This document shows positions 1 to 7,888 of a stretch of 55,859 nt of DNA, piece after piece. Position numbers and translations under genes: made by a program. Origin of the DNA: a virus; the IMG/VR virus record IMGVR_UViG_3300045988_012935, positions 1 through 55,859 of that record, one strand, 5' to 3'. Every line of letters starts with the position of its first letter. The stretch's first letter is position 1. The notes beneath the pieces are model-generated. The model had not been told where the DNA came from. It searched no databases and was given only the letters and a program-made list of their open reading frames with translations.

Positions 1-55
1 GGCTTTAGATGTGGCAATACAGGCACTTGAAAAAGTAGAACAGTACCGAGCAATC
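1..55. repeat. 55-bp terminal direct repeat, left copy
   Basis: ggctttagatgtggcaatacaggcacttgaaaaagtagaacagtaccgagcaatc is repeated exactly at 55805-55859. Confidence 0.95.
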
Positions 56-268
56 GGCACACCGGAAGAATGTCGGGCGGCGGCGGTTAAGCAGACGGCA
101 AAGAAACCTATATTTAACCATAACCTTAGTGATACTCTTTCTATATTCCATTGTGAATGCGGAAACAAAATTAAAGTCAGTCACGATATAGGGATAATGA
201 ATAACAACAATGCGCCAAATTACTGTAGCAAGTGCGGTTGCAGGTTTGATTGGAGTGATGAAGAATGA
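11..268 (+). CDS. Small Cys-rich (zinc-ribbon-like) protein. The frame continues upstream across the circular junction to ATG 55728 but is interrupted by TAA 55740-55742
   Basis: ORF track; Cys pairs HCECG and CSKCGC; the GTG at 11 would start inside a helix-like ALDVAIQALEK segment. Confidence 0.5.
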   Translation: MAIQALEKVEQYRAIGTPEECRAAAVKQTAKKPIFNHNLSDTLSIFHCECGNKIKVSHDIGIMNNNNAPNYCSKCGCRFDWSDEE

Positions 269-435
269 TGTTTCAATCGTACATAAATTTCTTTCTACTA
301 ATACTTATAGCCGTTAGGTTAGATATTCTAACAGAATTTGGAGTTAATCTTTTTTGCATTCTGTCAGTTGTAGGGATGATTGGACATGAGATTTTTGATT
401 ATTTGAAAAAAGGAGATGGAAAGCGATGGGACTGA
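265..435 (+). CDS. Small hydrophobic (2-TM-like) protein, 56 aa
   Basis: ATGA overlap with the preceding stop; hand translation MMFQSYINFFLLILIAV...GMIGHEIF; below the ORF-track size cutoff. Confidence 0.3.
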   Translation: MMFQSYINFFLLILIAVRLDILTEFGVNLFCILSVVGMIGHEIFDYLKKGDGKRWD

Positions 436-668
436 TTGGCGCAGACGCACTAAAAGAATATTGCATGAATGCGAGTAAATCTGATGATGATTTTAGGAGA
501 GTAAGTTTGGCAACATTGGCAAGCGTGATAGATGCACAGCCGACCGCCTACGATGTGGACAAGGTTGTGGAACAGTTGGAGGAATATCGCGAAGAGATGG
601 AGCAGTTTAAGTGTGGCGGAATGTTGTCAGATATGATCGAGGTTGTAAAGGCAGGTGGGGTCGAGTGA
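426..668 (+). CDS. Hypothetical protein
   Basis: ORF track, GGAGATGG upstream, acidic 80-aa product, no recognisable motif. Confidence 0.5.
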   Translation: MGLIGADALKEYCMNASKSDDDFRRVSLATLASVIDAQPTAYDVDKVVEQLEEYREEMEQFKCGGMLSDMIEVVKAGGVE

Positions 669-688
669 CAAGCACAGAATTATGCAAA

Positions 689-865
689 ATGTGTACAGAG
701 TATTCCATTCACTCAAAATGTGAGTACAGAAAAACGTGTAAATTACAGAAGATTTTGAAAGAAAACAAAGATCTGAAAGCAAAAAATAGAGAACTTAAAG
801 CGAAAGTTGAAGAGTTAGAATTTGAAAAATCATGGCATGATTCTCCGGACATGATGGGAAAGTGA
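689..865 (+). CDS. Small Cys-containing coiled-coil protein
   Basis: Internal ATG 689 of ORF 611..865 removes the overlap with the upstream gene; KDLKAKNRELKAKVEELEFEK heptad-like segment. Confidence 0.45.
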   Translation: MCTEYSIHSKCEYRKTCKLQKILKENKDLKAKNRELKAKVEELEFEKSWHDSPDMMGK

Positions 866-875
866 GGTGGAGTAG

Positions 876-1040
876 ATGGTTAATTTTGACAGATTTGACT
901 TTCTGGTTGATACACAAGATGTATATATTCTCCCGACAATTAGGATAAGCACACAGCATGAAATGATTGATAAAAATTTCAACATTCAGATTCATTTTGC
1001 AGTATTTCATTTTAGATGGAGGTGGGTGAATGGCAATTAA
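876..1040 (+). CDS. Hypothetical 54-aa protein
   Basis: GAGGTGGAG RBS at 864-872, ATG 876, hand translation MVNFDRFDFLVDTQDVYILPTIRIS..., TAA 1038-1040. Confidence 0.4.
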   Translation: MVNFDRFDFLVDTQDVYILPTIRISTQHEMIDKNFNIQIHFAVFHFRWRWVNGN

Positions 1041-1102
1041 ACCGATTTTATTCAATACAGAAATTTTTGAGCGGTGTGAGAAACCGGAAGGAGTGTGAAA
1101 AC

Positions 1103-1207
1103 ATGGGGAAAAGCAGAGCTAGTAAAATGAACGGCTATCGTAGCATGGTAAGCCGGCAGAAAAATGATGTTTTTAAGTTTAAGTCTAAGAAGAAAAAGAA
1201 AGGGTGA
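1103..1207 (+). CDS. Possible 34-aa Lys-rich basic peptide
   Basis: AAGGAG 8 nt upstream of ATG 1103; C-terminal part of ORF 1016..1207. Confidence 0.2.
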   Translation: MGKSRASKMNGYRSMVSRQKNDVFKFKSKKKKKG

Positions 1208-1213
1208 TACAGA

Positions 1214-1495
1214 ATGAAGATTTTAAGAAAGAAGAAATACAACAAACTCATTGAAGATCTTGAGGAATCGCAGAAAAAGGTCGAGGAACTCAAAAGGATA
1301 AACGAGAGTATCGGGAAAAAGATGGAAGATAAAAAGACAAATTGCAAGGCAAATGTTGGAAAAGATTTTTGTAATGTTTGCAAAAATTCTTACAGTTATA
1401 AGAACAATAATGGGCTTATTGCCGTTAACTGTGTAGGTTGCTTGCTGTGTCTTGCGAGGATTTTAAGAAAAAAGAAAGTAGGTGATTCAAAGTGA
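1214..1495 (+). CDS. Hypothetical coiled-coil/Cys-rich protein
   Basis: ORF track; N-terminal charged helix, C-terminal CNVCKN...CVGCLLC. Confidence 0.5.
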   Translation: MKILRKKKYNKLIEDLEESQKKVEELKRINESIGKKMEDKKTNCKANVGKDFCNVCKNSYSYKNNNGLIAVNCVGCLLCLARILRKKKVGDSK

Positions 1496-1665
1496 GTAAC
1501 AATGCAAAGATAGTAATAGCACAGGCTTTAATGATGAGAATTAAAGATTATGCAGAAAGAGCCTTGGATAAAAAAGATGTAACACTTGATATGGCTATGG
1601 TTGAAATACGCGATACAGTTGACGCTTATGACGAGTATTTTCAGACAGGCAGAAAGCCACAGTAA
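1492..1665 (+). CDS. Hypothetical 57-aa protein (GTG start)
   Basis: GTGA overlap with the upstream stop, AGGTGA RBS, open frame to TAA 1663-1665. Confidence 0.35.
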   Translation: MSNNAKIVIAQALMMRIKDYAERALDKKDVTLDMAMVEIRDTVDAYDEYFQTGRKPQ

Positions 1666-1734
1666 ATAACTAAAATCAAAGAAAGGAATAGGTTGTCGCG
1701 ACATAAAACCGAGGTTTCCTTTTGGTAAGAGAAA

Positions 1735-2445
1735 ATGTTAGATTTTGGATATTACAACATGGATTGTATGCAAGGAATGAAAGAATTTCCCGACAAATAT
1801 TTTGACCTTGCGATTGTTGATGTGCCTTATGGAATTGGCGAAAGCGGCGGTAAAAACAAGAGCAGGGGTAAATTAGCAAAGCCTACTGATTATAAGGATT
1901 ATATTGGAAATGATAGTAAGCCCCCGAATAAAGATTATTTTGGGGAATTATTCAGAGTATCAAAAAACCAAATTATATGGGGTGCAAATCATTTTATAAG
2001 CAAAATTCCATACGATAGCAGTTGTTGGATTGTTTGGGATAAAGTAAATGGAAACACAGATTTTGCAGATTGTGAACTTGCGTGGACTTCGTTTGATACT
2101 GCAGTAAGAAAAATATCATTTATGTGGAATGGAATGTTACAGGGAAAGAGTATTTCAGAAGGTCATTTAATGCAAGGCGACAAAAGTAAAAACGAGAAAA
2201 GAATACATCCAAATCAAAAGCCGGTTGCATTGTACGAATGGATTTTAAGCAGATATGCAAAGCCTAATGACATTATCCTTGATACTCATGTAGGCAGTGC
2301 GAGTAGCTTGATAGCTTGCTATAACACAAATCATAAATTTGTAGGGTTTGAGCTTGACGAATACTATTACAAGGTATCAAAGCAGAGGTTAGATACCGAA
2401 ATGGCACAAATGAGATTGAGTGATTTTATAGGAGATACAGTATGA
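1735..2445 (+). CDS. DNA methyltransferase, beta-class N6-adenine/N4-cytosine type
   Basis: Motif IV-like IVDVPYG near the N-terminus, HPNQKPVALYEWIL, motif I-like ILDTHVGSASS near the C-terminus (order IV then I). Confidence 0.85.
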   Translation: MLDFGYYNMDCMQGMKEFPDKYFDLAIVDVPYGIGESGGKNKSRGKLAKPTDYKDYIGNDSKPPNKDYFGELFRVSKNQIIWGANHFISKIPYDSSCWIVWDKVNGNTDFADCELAWTSFDTAVRKISFMWNGMLQGKSISEGHLMQGDKSKNEKRIHPNQKPVALYEWILSRYAKPNDIILDTHVGSASSLIACYNTNHKFVGFELDEYYYKVSKQRLDTEMAQMRLSDFIGDTV

Positions 2446-3150
2446 TAGTACATTGTTTATTTGAACAGTCAGGAACATTCAAGAATGCTTTCAAGAAGTA
2501 TGGTATTGAAGCCTACGACTATGATATTCAGAACGAATTTGGCGAAACAGACTATGTTACTGATCTTTTTAAAGAGATTGAGGGGGGGGTATCAAGGTAA
2601 ACCGAGTTTATTCGATAGGATAAGTCCAGAGGATTTGATATTTGCATTTTTCCCTTGCACTTATTTTGAATGTCAAAGTCAATTATGGTTTTCTGGTAAT
2701 AATTATTCACAAAGAAATTGGAGTTTGGAAAAGAAATGCGAAAGTGCAATAGAAAGGCACGATGCATTGAATGAATTTTACGGATTACTTAATAAATTAG
2801 TCATAAATTGTATAAGGCGAAAAATAAGATTAGTTATAGAAAATCCGTATAATCAACCACATTATCTTACATCGTATTGGTGCTTAAAGCCTGACCTAAT
2901 AGACAAAGATAGAACACAAAATGGAGATTACTATAAAAAGCCGACACAATATTGGTTTGTGAATTTTAAACCAAAAAACAATCTCGTATTTGAAACTATT
3001 GATTATGTAAAAACGAAAATAATAGAAAAAAGTAGGGTAAATGACGATGGACTATCAGTTAAAACACAAAGGTCAATGATACACCCACAGTATGCAGATA
3101 GATTTATCAGGCAATATATTCTTGATGAAGAAATATGGAGAAATCAATAG
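2442..3150 (+). pseudogene. Second methyltransferase-like gene (C5-cytosine-MTase-like motifs) split by a frameshift at a G8 tract
   Basis: ATG 2442 (ATGA overlap) gives MIVHCLFEQSGTFKNAFKKYGIEAYDYD...EIEGG, then a stop at 2598. The +1 frame continues GKPSLFDRISPEDLIFAFFPCTYF...LVIENPY to 3150. G7 would fuse both parts. Confidence 0.6.
2582..2589 (+). repeat. G8 homopolymer at the frameshift point
   Basis: Sequence gag-gggggggg-tatc read directly. Confidence 0.95.
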
Positions 3151-3211
3151 TTATCAGATTTCAAACATTAAAAAATTAAATATCAACCAATAAAATAAGG
3201 AGAAATGGCTT

Positions 3212-3439
3212 ATGAAATTTACAAAATTCATTAAGCCAGAACTTGAACAAATCAAAGAAAATGCCAATTTCACGGAAGAAGAGGAGAGGATTTTCTCTCT
3301 TCTCTGCCGTGGTTTTTCACAAAAGCAAATATCCACAAAAGAAAACCTATCACTAAGAACGATAGAGTACAGAGTGAGAGATATAAAAGATAAAATAGAA
3401 AGAACGGGGGTATTTGATTGGATGAAAAAGAACTGTTGA
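3212..3439 (+). CDS. Small HTH regulator, LuxR / sigma-70 region-4-like
   Basis: EEEERIFSLLCRGFSQKQISTKENLSLRTIEYRVRDIKDKI resembles the GerE/LuxR-type HTH. Confidence 0.55.
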   Translation: MKFTKFIKPELEQIKENANFTEEEERIFSLLCRGFSQKQISTKENLSLRTIEYRVRDIKDKIERTGVFDWMKKNC

Positions 3440-4635
3440 AATATGCCGTTGATAGTGGTATTCTCGACATAGCACTTGTGCAAGAACAAGTTGAAATGAA
3501 CAAAAGAGAAAAGATACTAAAGAAACACCCATATGATATATGGGAAGGGAAAGATGGGTATTGGAGAACCTATATTTCATGCAAGGAGAAAGGGAGAAAG
3601 CTACTTAAGAAAAAAGATAGGGTCGATATTGAAAATGAGGTTATCGATTATTTACAGATTCAAGAAGAAAATCCAACCATTGATGAAGTGTTTGAAGAGT
3701 GGAACGACAGGCGGTTGGCACTGAACAAGATTGGAAATGCAACGCACCAAAGGAATCGCAACTTTTATCAAAGGCACTTTAAACAAATGGGTAAAAGGCG
3801 CATAAAATCAATATCGGAAGATGAATGGGGAGATTTCCTTGAAGAGCAGATTCCGAAGTTTAACTTGACGGCAAAGGCGTTTTCCGGACTAAAAGGGATA
3901 ACCAAAGGGTTTCTGAAACGAGCCAAAAAGCGGAAGTTGATTGATTTTAATGTTGAAGAATTGTTTGAGGAGCTTGATACATCTGATTCCGATTTCAAAC
4001 GAACGATCAAGGAAGATTACGAAGAGGTTTTTGACGAGAATGAAACTGATATTATGATTAAATATTTGGAATGCAACCTTGATTTATCAAACATAGCAAT
4101 ACTTCTAATGTTCGTGACCGGAATGAGAATAGGAGAGGTTGTGTGCCTAAAACATGATGATTTTGACGGTAATACGGTCAAGGTTCGGCGAACCGAAACA
4201 AGGTATCGTGGAGAGGATGATGCAAAATATACGGTTGCGATAAAGGATTTCCCAAAGACGAGAGCTGGGGCAAGAACAATTATCATCCCAAAGGACTACG
4301 AGTGGTTGTGTGATAGGATCAGAAAAACGAATCCATTTGAAGAATTTGTGTTCATTAAAGAAAATGGAGAGCGCTTGAATGCGAATTGTGTAAGAATGCG
4401 ATTACAGAGATTGTGCGATAAGTTAGGAATCTATCGAAAGTCTCCACATAAGATCCGAAAGACATACGGAACCATCCTTCTTGACAACAATATTGACGAG
4501 CGGTTGATCCTTGGTCAGATGGGGCACGCAAGCCTAGGAACTACAGAGGAACACTACCACAGGAACCGCAGATCTATCGAGAAAAAGTCAGATATTTTAA
4601 GTAGTATACCAGACTTCAAAGCACGAACAAGTTAG
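3418..4635 (+). CDS. int: Tyrosine recombinase / phage integrase
   Basis: C-terminal catalytic pattern: ...MRIGEV..., HKIRKTYGT, GHASLGTTEEHYHR (R..H-x-x-R..H/Y). TTG start at 3418; alternative ATG at 3496. Confidence 0.9.
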   Translation: MDEKELLKYAVDSGILDIALVQEQVEMNKREKILKKHPYDIWEGKDGYWRTYISCKEKGRKLLKKKDRVDIENEVIDYLQIQEENPTIDEVFEEWNDRRLALNKIGNATHQRNRNFYQRHFKQMGKRRIKSISEDEWGDFLEEQIPKFNLTAKAFSGLKGITKGFLKRAKKRKLIDFNVEELFEELDTSDSDFKRTIKEDYEEVFDENETDIMIKYLECNLDLSNIAILLMFVTGMRIGEVVCLKHDDFDGNTVKVRRTETRYRGEDDAKYTVAIKDFPKTRAGARTIIIPKDYEWLCDRIRKTNPFEEFVFIKENGERLNANCVRMRLQRLCDKLGIYRKSPHKIRKTYGTILLDNNIDERLILGQMGHASLGTTEEHYHRNRRSIEKKSDILSSIPDFKARTS

Positions 4636-4638
4636 TCG

Positions 4639-4679
4639 TTTGATTACTATTTTGAAAAAAGTAATCAAAAGTAATCAAA
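4639..4679. repeat. attP arm-type repeats (P arm): GTAATCAAA x3
   Basis: tttgattac (inverted) at 4639-4647; gtaatcaaa at 4661-4669 and 4671-4679. Confidence 0.7.
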
Positions 4680-4721
4680 GTAAAAACGCTACAAGCCGCA
4701 TAAACACTGAAAAGTTGATGC

Positions 4722-4753
4722 TTTGTGCAGGGGTTCGAATCCCCTTATTGGCT
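4722..4753 (+). other. attP core: 3-prime fragment of a tRNA gene (T-arm plus acceptor strand)
   Basis: AGGGG-TTCGAAT-CCCCT followed by TATTGGC at 4729-4752; no matching 5-prime half upstream; 90 bp downstream of int. Confidence 0.7.
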
Positions 4754-4803
4754 TTCAGAAAACCGCATAAAATCAAGGTTTTCTATAGATTAGGGGAAAG
4801 AGA

Positions 4804-4834
4804 GTAATCAAAAAGTAATCAAAAGGTAATCAAA
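4804..4834. repeat. attP arm-type repeats (P-prime arm): GTAATCAAA x3
   Basis: gtaatcaaa at 4804, 4815 and 4826; an inverted partial copy tgattac at 4905-4911. Confidence 0.7.
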
Positions 4835-4923
4835 AAAGGCTCGGAAGCCTTGATTATACTAAAGAAAGGAGTTTCTTGTACAAGTGCTAAAAGTTAATTG
4901 AATATGATTACTATGGAAGTTTG

Positions 4924-4946
4924 GACGCATTGAGCGTCTTTTTTTT
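4924..4946 (+). terminator. Rho-independent terminator
   Basis: GACGC-attga-GCGTC followed by T8. Confidence 0.6.
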
Positions 4947-5023
4947 ATGCGGTTTTTCTGCTTATTTTTTGCGGAAGAACCGTATTTTTTTATGCAAAAA
5001 TATAAGCATAGGAGGGATGCGGA

Positions 5024-5176
5024 ATGTTATTTACAGATGAAATTCTTGAAAAAATCTTAACAAGAGAAGATGTGTCAAAGGTTCCGCTTGTGTATCAGTC
5101 AGCAATGATTCACGCAATCAAGGAAGTATTGGAGGAAGAGAATGTATCAGATGCAAAATCAGAATATGGCATTTAA
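5024..5176 (+). CDS. Hypothetical 50-aa protein, first ORF of the cargo cassette
   Basis: GGAGGGA RBS 5011-5017, ATG 5024, MLFTDEILEKILTREDVSKVPLVYQSAMIHAIKEVLEEE... Confidence 0.4.
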   Translation: MLFTDEILEKILTREDVSKVPLVYQSAMIHAIKEVLEEENVSDAKSEYGI

Positions 5177-5618
5177 CCCAAACCCAAGCTATGCCGCATA
5201 TCAGTACAACCCAATGCAGAGGTTTCAACAGCCAGAGCCACAGATTCCGCAGATGCAACCACAGTTTCTTGGAATCCAAGGAAAAGTAGTGCAGTCGGAA
5301 TCAGCGATCATGGCGAATGATGTGCCTATGGATGGAAGCGTTGCGTTTTTCCCAATGCAGGATATGAGCGCAATCGTAGCAAAACAATGGGATGCCAATG
5401 GAACAATCAGAAAGACCGTTTACAAGCCTTTTAATGAACAGATGGCGGATTCTTCAAGTGACGATAAAAGAATCGAAATAGGGCTATCTGACGATGCGAC
5501 AAAGGCTATTACTGACAAATTAGATTGCTTGTTTGGAAAGATGGAAGAGTTGGAAGATAAGCTATCTTCGCAAACGCAAAGAAAATCTTCACGAACACAA
5601 AAGGAGAGTGAGTCTTAA
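5142..5618 (+). CDS. Q/P/M/N-rich low-complexity protein
   Basis: ORF track; the N-terminal 45 aa are almost only Q, P, M, N, Y; GGAGGA RBS. Confidence 0.6.
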   Translation: MYQMQNQNMAFNPNPSYAAYQYNPMQRFQQPEPQIPQMQPQFLGIQGKVVQSESAIMANDVPMDGSVAFFPMQDMSAIVAKQWDANGTIRKTVYKPFNEQMADSSSDDKRIEIGLSDDATKAITDKLDCLFGKMEELEDKLSSQTQRKSSRTQKESES

Positions 5619-5845
5619 TGAATCCTATGCAAATGTTACAAGGTATGAGAAACCCACAGCAGTTTTTACAACAAATGATGGGGAATAAAAGCGTAATGAA
5701 CAACCCTATGGCTCGTAATGCTATGCAGATGGCACAAAAGGGAGATTCCAAGGGCATCGAACAGATGGCTAGGAATTTGTGCAAAGAAAAGGGAATTGAC
5801 GCAGACAAGGCTTTTGAGTCGTTTAAAAGCCAATTAGGAATGTGA
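5618..5845 (+). CDS. Met/Gln/Asn-rich 75-aa protein
   Basis: ORF track; MNPMQMLQGMRNPQQFLQQMMGNKSVMNNPMARNAMQMAQ; ATGA-type overlap with the upstream gene. Confidence 0.55.
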   Translation: MNPMQMLQGMRNPQQFLQQMMGNKSVMNNPMARNAMQMAQKGDSKGIEQMARNLCKEKGIDADKAFESFKSQLGM

Positions 5846-5899
5846 TACTAATTCTTGCAAGATTATGTATATAAAAAATGAATTATGGAGGTAAATTCT

Positions 5900-6661
5900 A
5901 TGTTTAACACAGGTAATTGTGCATCCGTTCCGCTTGTCGCGAACATTGACGGAAACGGAAATAACAACGGATGGGGCGCAGAAGGCTCATGGTTATGGTT
6001 CATTATCGTTATCTTCGCTATCTTCGGATGGGGTGGATTCGGTAACGGATTCGGAGGAAACGGAATGAATGGTGGTGTCGGAAGCGAAATCCAGCGCGGA
6101 TTTGATAATCAGGCGGTTGTGTCAAAACTTGACGGCATTACAAACGGACTTTGTGACGGATTCTATGCAGTGCAAACCGGCATGAACGGCATCAACACAA
6201 ACATTTTGCAGACCGGATTCGGCATTCAGCAGGCTATCAACGCTGATACAGTCGCTAATATGCAGAATACAAACGCATTACAGTCACAGCTTGCTAACTG
6301 CTGCTGCGAAACAAGAGAAGCTATCCAAGGTGTAAACTACAACATGGCAACTAACACTTGCGCTTTGCAGAACACCATGAACAGCAACACGAGAGACATT
6401 ATCGACAGTCAGAATGCAGGAACACGCGCTATCCTTGATTATCTCTGCAATGAGAAAATTTCTAGCTTACAGGCAGAAAATAACGACCTTCGCAGAGCAG
6501 CTTCACAGGATCGTCAGAGTGCACTGCTTACAACTCAGATGGCGGCTCAGACACAGCAGATTATCAATGCAGTAAATCCGGCTGCAATCCCGGCATATGT
6601 CGTACCTAACCCAAATGCTTATGCATATGGATGTGGATGCAACGCCGGTTGTAACTGCTAA
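5900..6661 (+). CDS. Single-pass membrane protein, Gly/Asn-rich N-terminus, N/Q-rich body, Cys-rich C-terminus
   Basis: GGAGG then ATG 5900; TM WLWFIIVIFAIFGW; CCC motif; ends ...YGCGCNAGCNC. Confidence 0.6.
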   Translation: MFNTGNCASVPLVANIDGNGNNNGWGAEGSWLWFIIVIFAIFGWGGFGNGFGGNGMNGGVGSEIQRGFDNQAVVSKLDGITNGLCDGFYAVQTGMNGINTNILQTGFGIQQAINADTVANMQNTNALQSQLANCCCETREAIQGVNYNMATNTCALQNTMNSNTRDIIDSQNAGTRAILDYLCNEKISSLQAENNDLRRAASQDRQSALLTTQMAAQTQQIINAVNPAAIPAYVVPNPNAYAYGCGCNAGCNC

Positions 6662-6731
6662 AACTAAATAATTGAGTATCTTAATTGAGTTTAACTCAAT
6701 CATGTCTGCTATGCAGTATTACTTATAACCA

Positions 6732-6763
6732 AAGGGCAGACTATAATGTTTGCCCTTATTTTT
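6732..6763 (+). terminator. Rho-independent terminator inside the cargo cassette
   Basis: AAGGGCA-12 nt-TGCCCTT followed by ATTTTT. Confidence 0.55.
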
Positions 6764-6783
6764 ATGAAAGAGAGGTAAAAATA

Positions 6784-7203
6784 ATGGAAATAACAGGAAT
6801 TGCATTACAAACCGTTGCTGCTGGAGAAGATGTGGCATTCACAGAAACAGCAGTAAACGGAACAAAATGTATCGTACACAGACAGGGAAGTGGAATTATC
6901 AAGCTAAGAGGTATCACAAATCAGTGCAAGGCTAGATTCCTTGTGTCGTATTCCGGCAACATTCAGGTCCCGACAGGCGGAACAGTTGGAGAGATTTCAC
7001 TTGCAATCGCGGTTGATGGAGAGCCTTTGCAGTCAACAAAGATGATCGTAACGCCAGCCGCAGTTGAGAATTTCTTTAATGTATCGGCGCAGGCATACGT
7101 TGATGTGCCTTGCGGTTGTTGCAGTACCGTAGCCGTGCAGAATACGTCCACACAGGCTATTGAAGTACAGAACAGTAATTTGATTGCAGTAAGGGAGGCT
7201 TGA
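6784..7203 (+). CDS. All-beta protein resembling C1q/TNF-like BclA C-terminal (exosporium) domains
   Basis: AGAGAGG RBS, ATG 6784. The pattern QTVAAGEDVAF..GSGIIKLRG..FLVSYSGNIQV..ISLAIAVDGEPL..NVSAQAYVDV..VAVQN..IEV is recalled from the BclA-CTD family; not searched. Confidence 0.45.
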   Translation: MEITGIALQTVAAGEDVAFTETAVNGTKCIVHRQGSGIIKLRGITNQCKARFLVSYSGNIQVPTGGTVGEISLAIAVDGEPLQSTKMIVTPAAVENFFNVSAQAYVDVPCGCCSTVAVQNTSTQAIEVQNSNLIAVREA

Positions 7204-7207
7204 TATT

Positions 7208-7888
7208 ATGCATAAGTTTGCGAAACAGATTATGGATTGTGTGAAAGCCCACGTTGACGGCATCGGAATTGAGAATTTTGAGGGTCAAAACCTTGATGAT
7301 CTCAAGGATTGGACAGAAATTGCGAAGAACATCGTATGCTTTGACAAGGACTATAACATTGTTGAAGCCATGAAAAAGTCTGAAGATGAAGAAATCATGC
7401 GCATGGTGGAAGAATTTGGGGATTATCCGGGAAGAAGATACTACAATGAGTACCGGTACTCAAACGGAAGATTTGCACCGAAAGGACGTGGAACACGCAG
7501 AGGATATGTGGAACCGCCATATTATCATCAGATGCCGGAAGATTACCACGAATGGGAGAGTATGCCGGAATACGACCGAATGAGAGACCTTGACAGAATG
7601 AGTATGGGAAAGATGTATTATTCAGGGCCTATGAGCGGAAATAACGGCATGGGTACCGGTACTCACGATGCAAGAGAGGGCAGAGCCGGTATGAGCCGGA
7701 GAAGCTACATGGAGACAAAGGAAATGCATAACGGAAATTCACCGGAAGATAAGGACGCAAAGATGAAAGAACTTGAAAAGTACATGAAATCTCTTTCGGA
7801 AGATGTGACAGAACTGTTTTCCGGTATGTCCCCAGAAGAGAAACAGTTGACCAAGACAAAGCTGACTACTCTTGTCACGAAAATGTAA
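7208..7888 (+). CDS. Tyr/Arg/Met/Glu-rich protein of unknown function
   Basis: ORF track; central YYNEYRYSNGRFAPKGRGTRRGYVEPPYYHQMPEDYHEWESMPEYDRMRDLDRM. Confidence 0.55.
   Translation: MHKFAKQIMDCVKAHVDGIGIENFEGQNLDDLKDWTEIAKNIVCFDKDYNIVEAMKKSEDEEIMRMVEEFGDYPGRRYYNEYRYSNGRFAPKGRGTRRGYVEPPYYHQMPEDYHEWESMPEYDRMRDLDRMSMGKMYYSGPMSGNNGMGTGTHDAREGRAGMSRRSYMETKEMHNGNSPEDKDAKMKELEKYMKSLSEDVTELFSGMSPEEKQLTKTKLTTLVTKM

Noticed and set aside
1-55. Interpreting the 55-bp end identity as biological direct terminal repeats
   Set aside because: Its length and exactness are more typical of an assembler overlap on a circular or circularly permuted genome. This cannot be settled without read data, so it is reported only as circular closure.
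1030-1098. MAIKPILFNTEI... resembles the N-terminus of ASCH-type phage proteins, suggesting a truncated gene
   Set aside because: Only 22 codons precede a TGA. The downstream frame does not convincingly continue the family pattern, which is too little evidence for a pseudogene call.
4639-4834. Clustered GTAATCAAA repeats that could be mistaken for a CRISPR-like array
   Set aside because: The units are only 9 bp and directly abutting, with no spacers. They flank a tRNA fragment next to an integrase, which is the classical attP arm-site architecture.
6685-6783. N-terminal extension of ORF 6685-7203 in the ORF track
   Set aside because: The extension runs through a palindrome and an intrinsic terminator (6732-6763). 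A good RBS precedes ATG 6784, so the shorter CDS is preferred.
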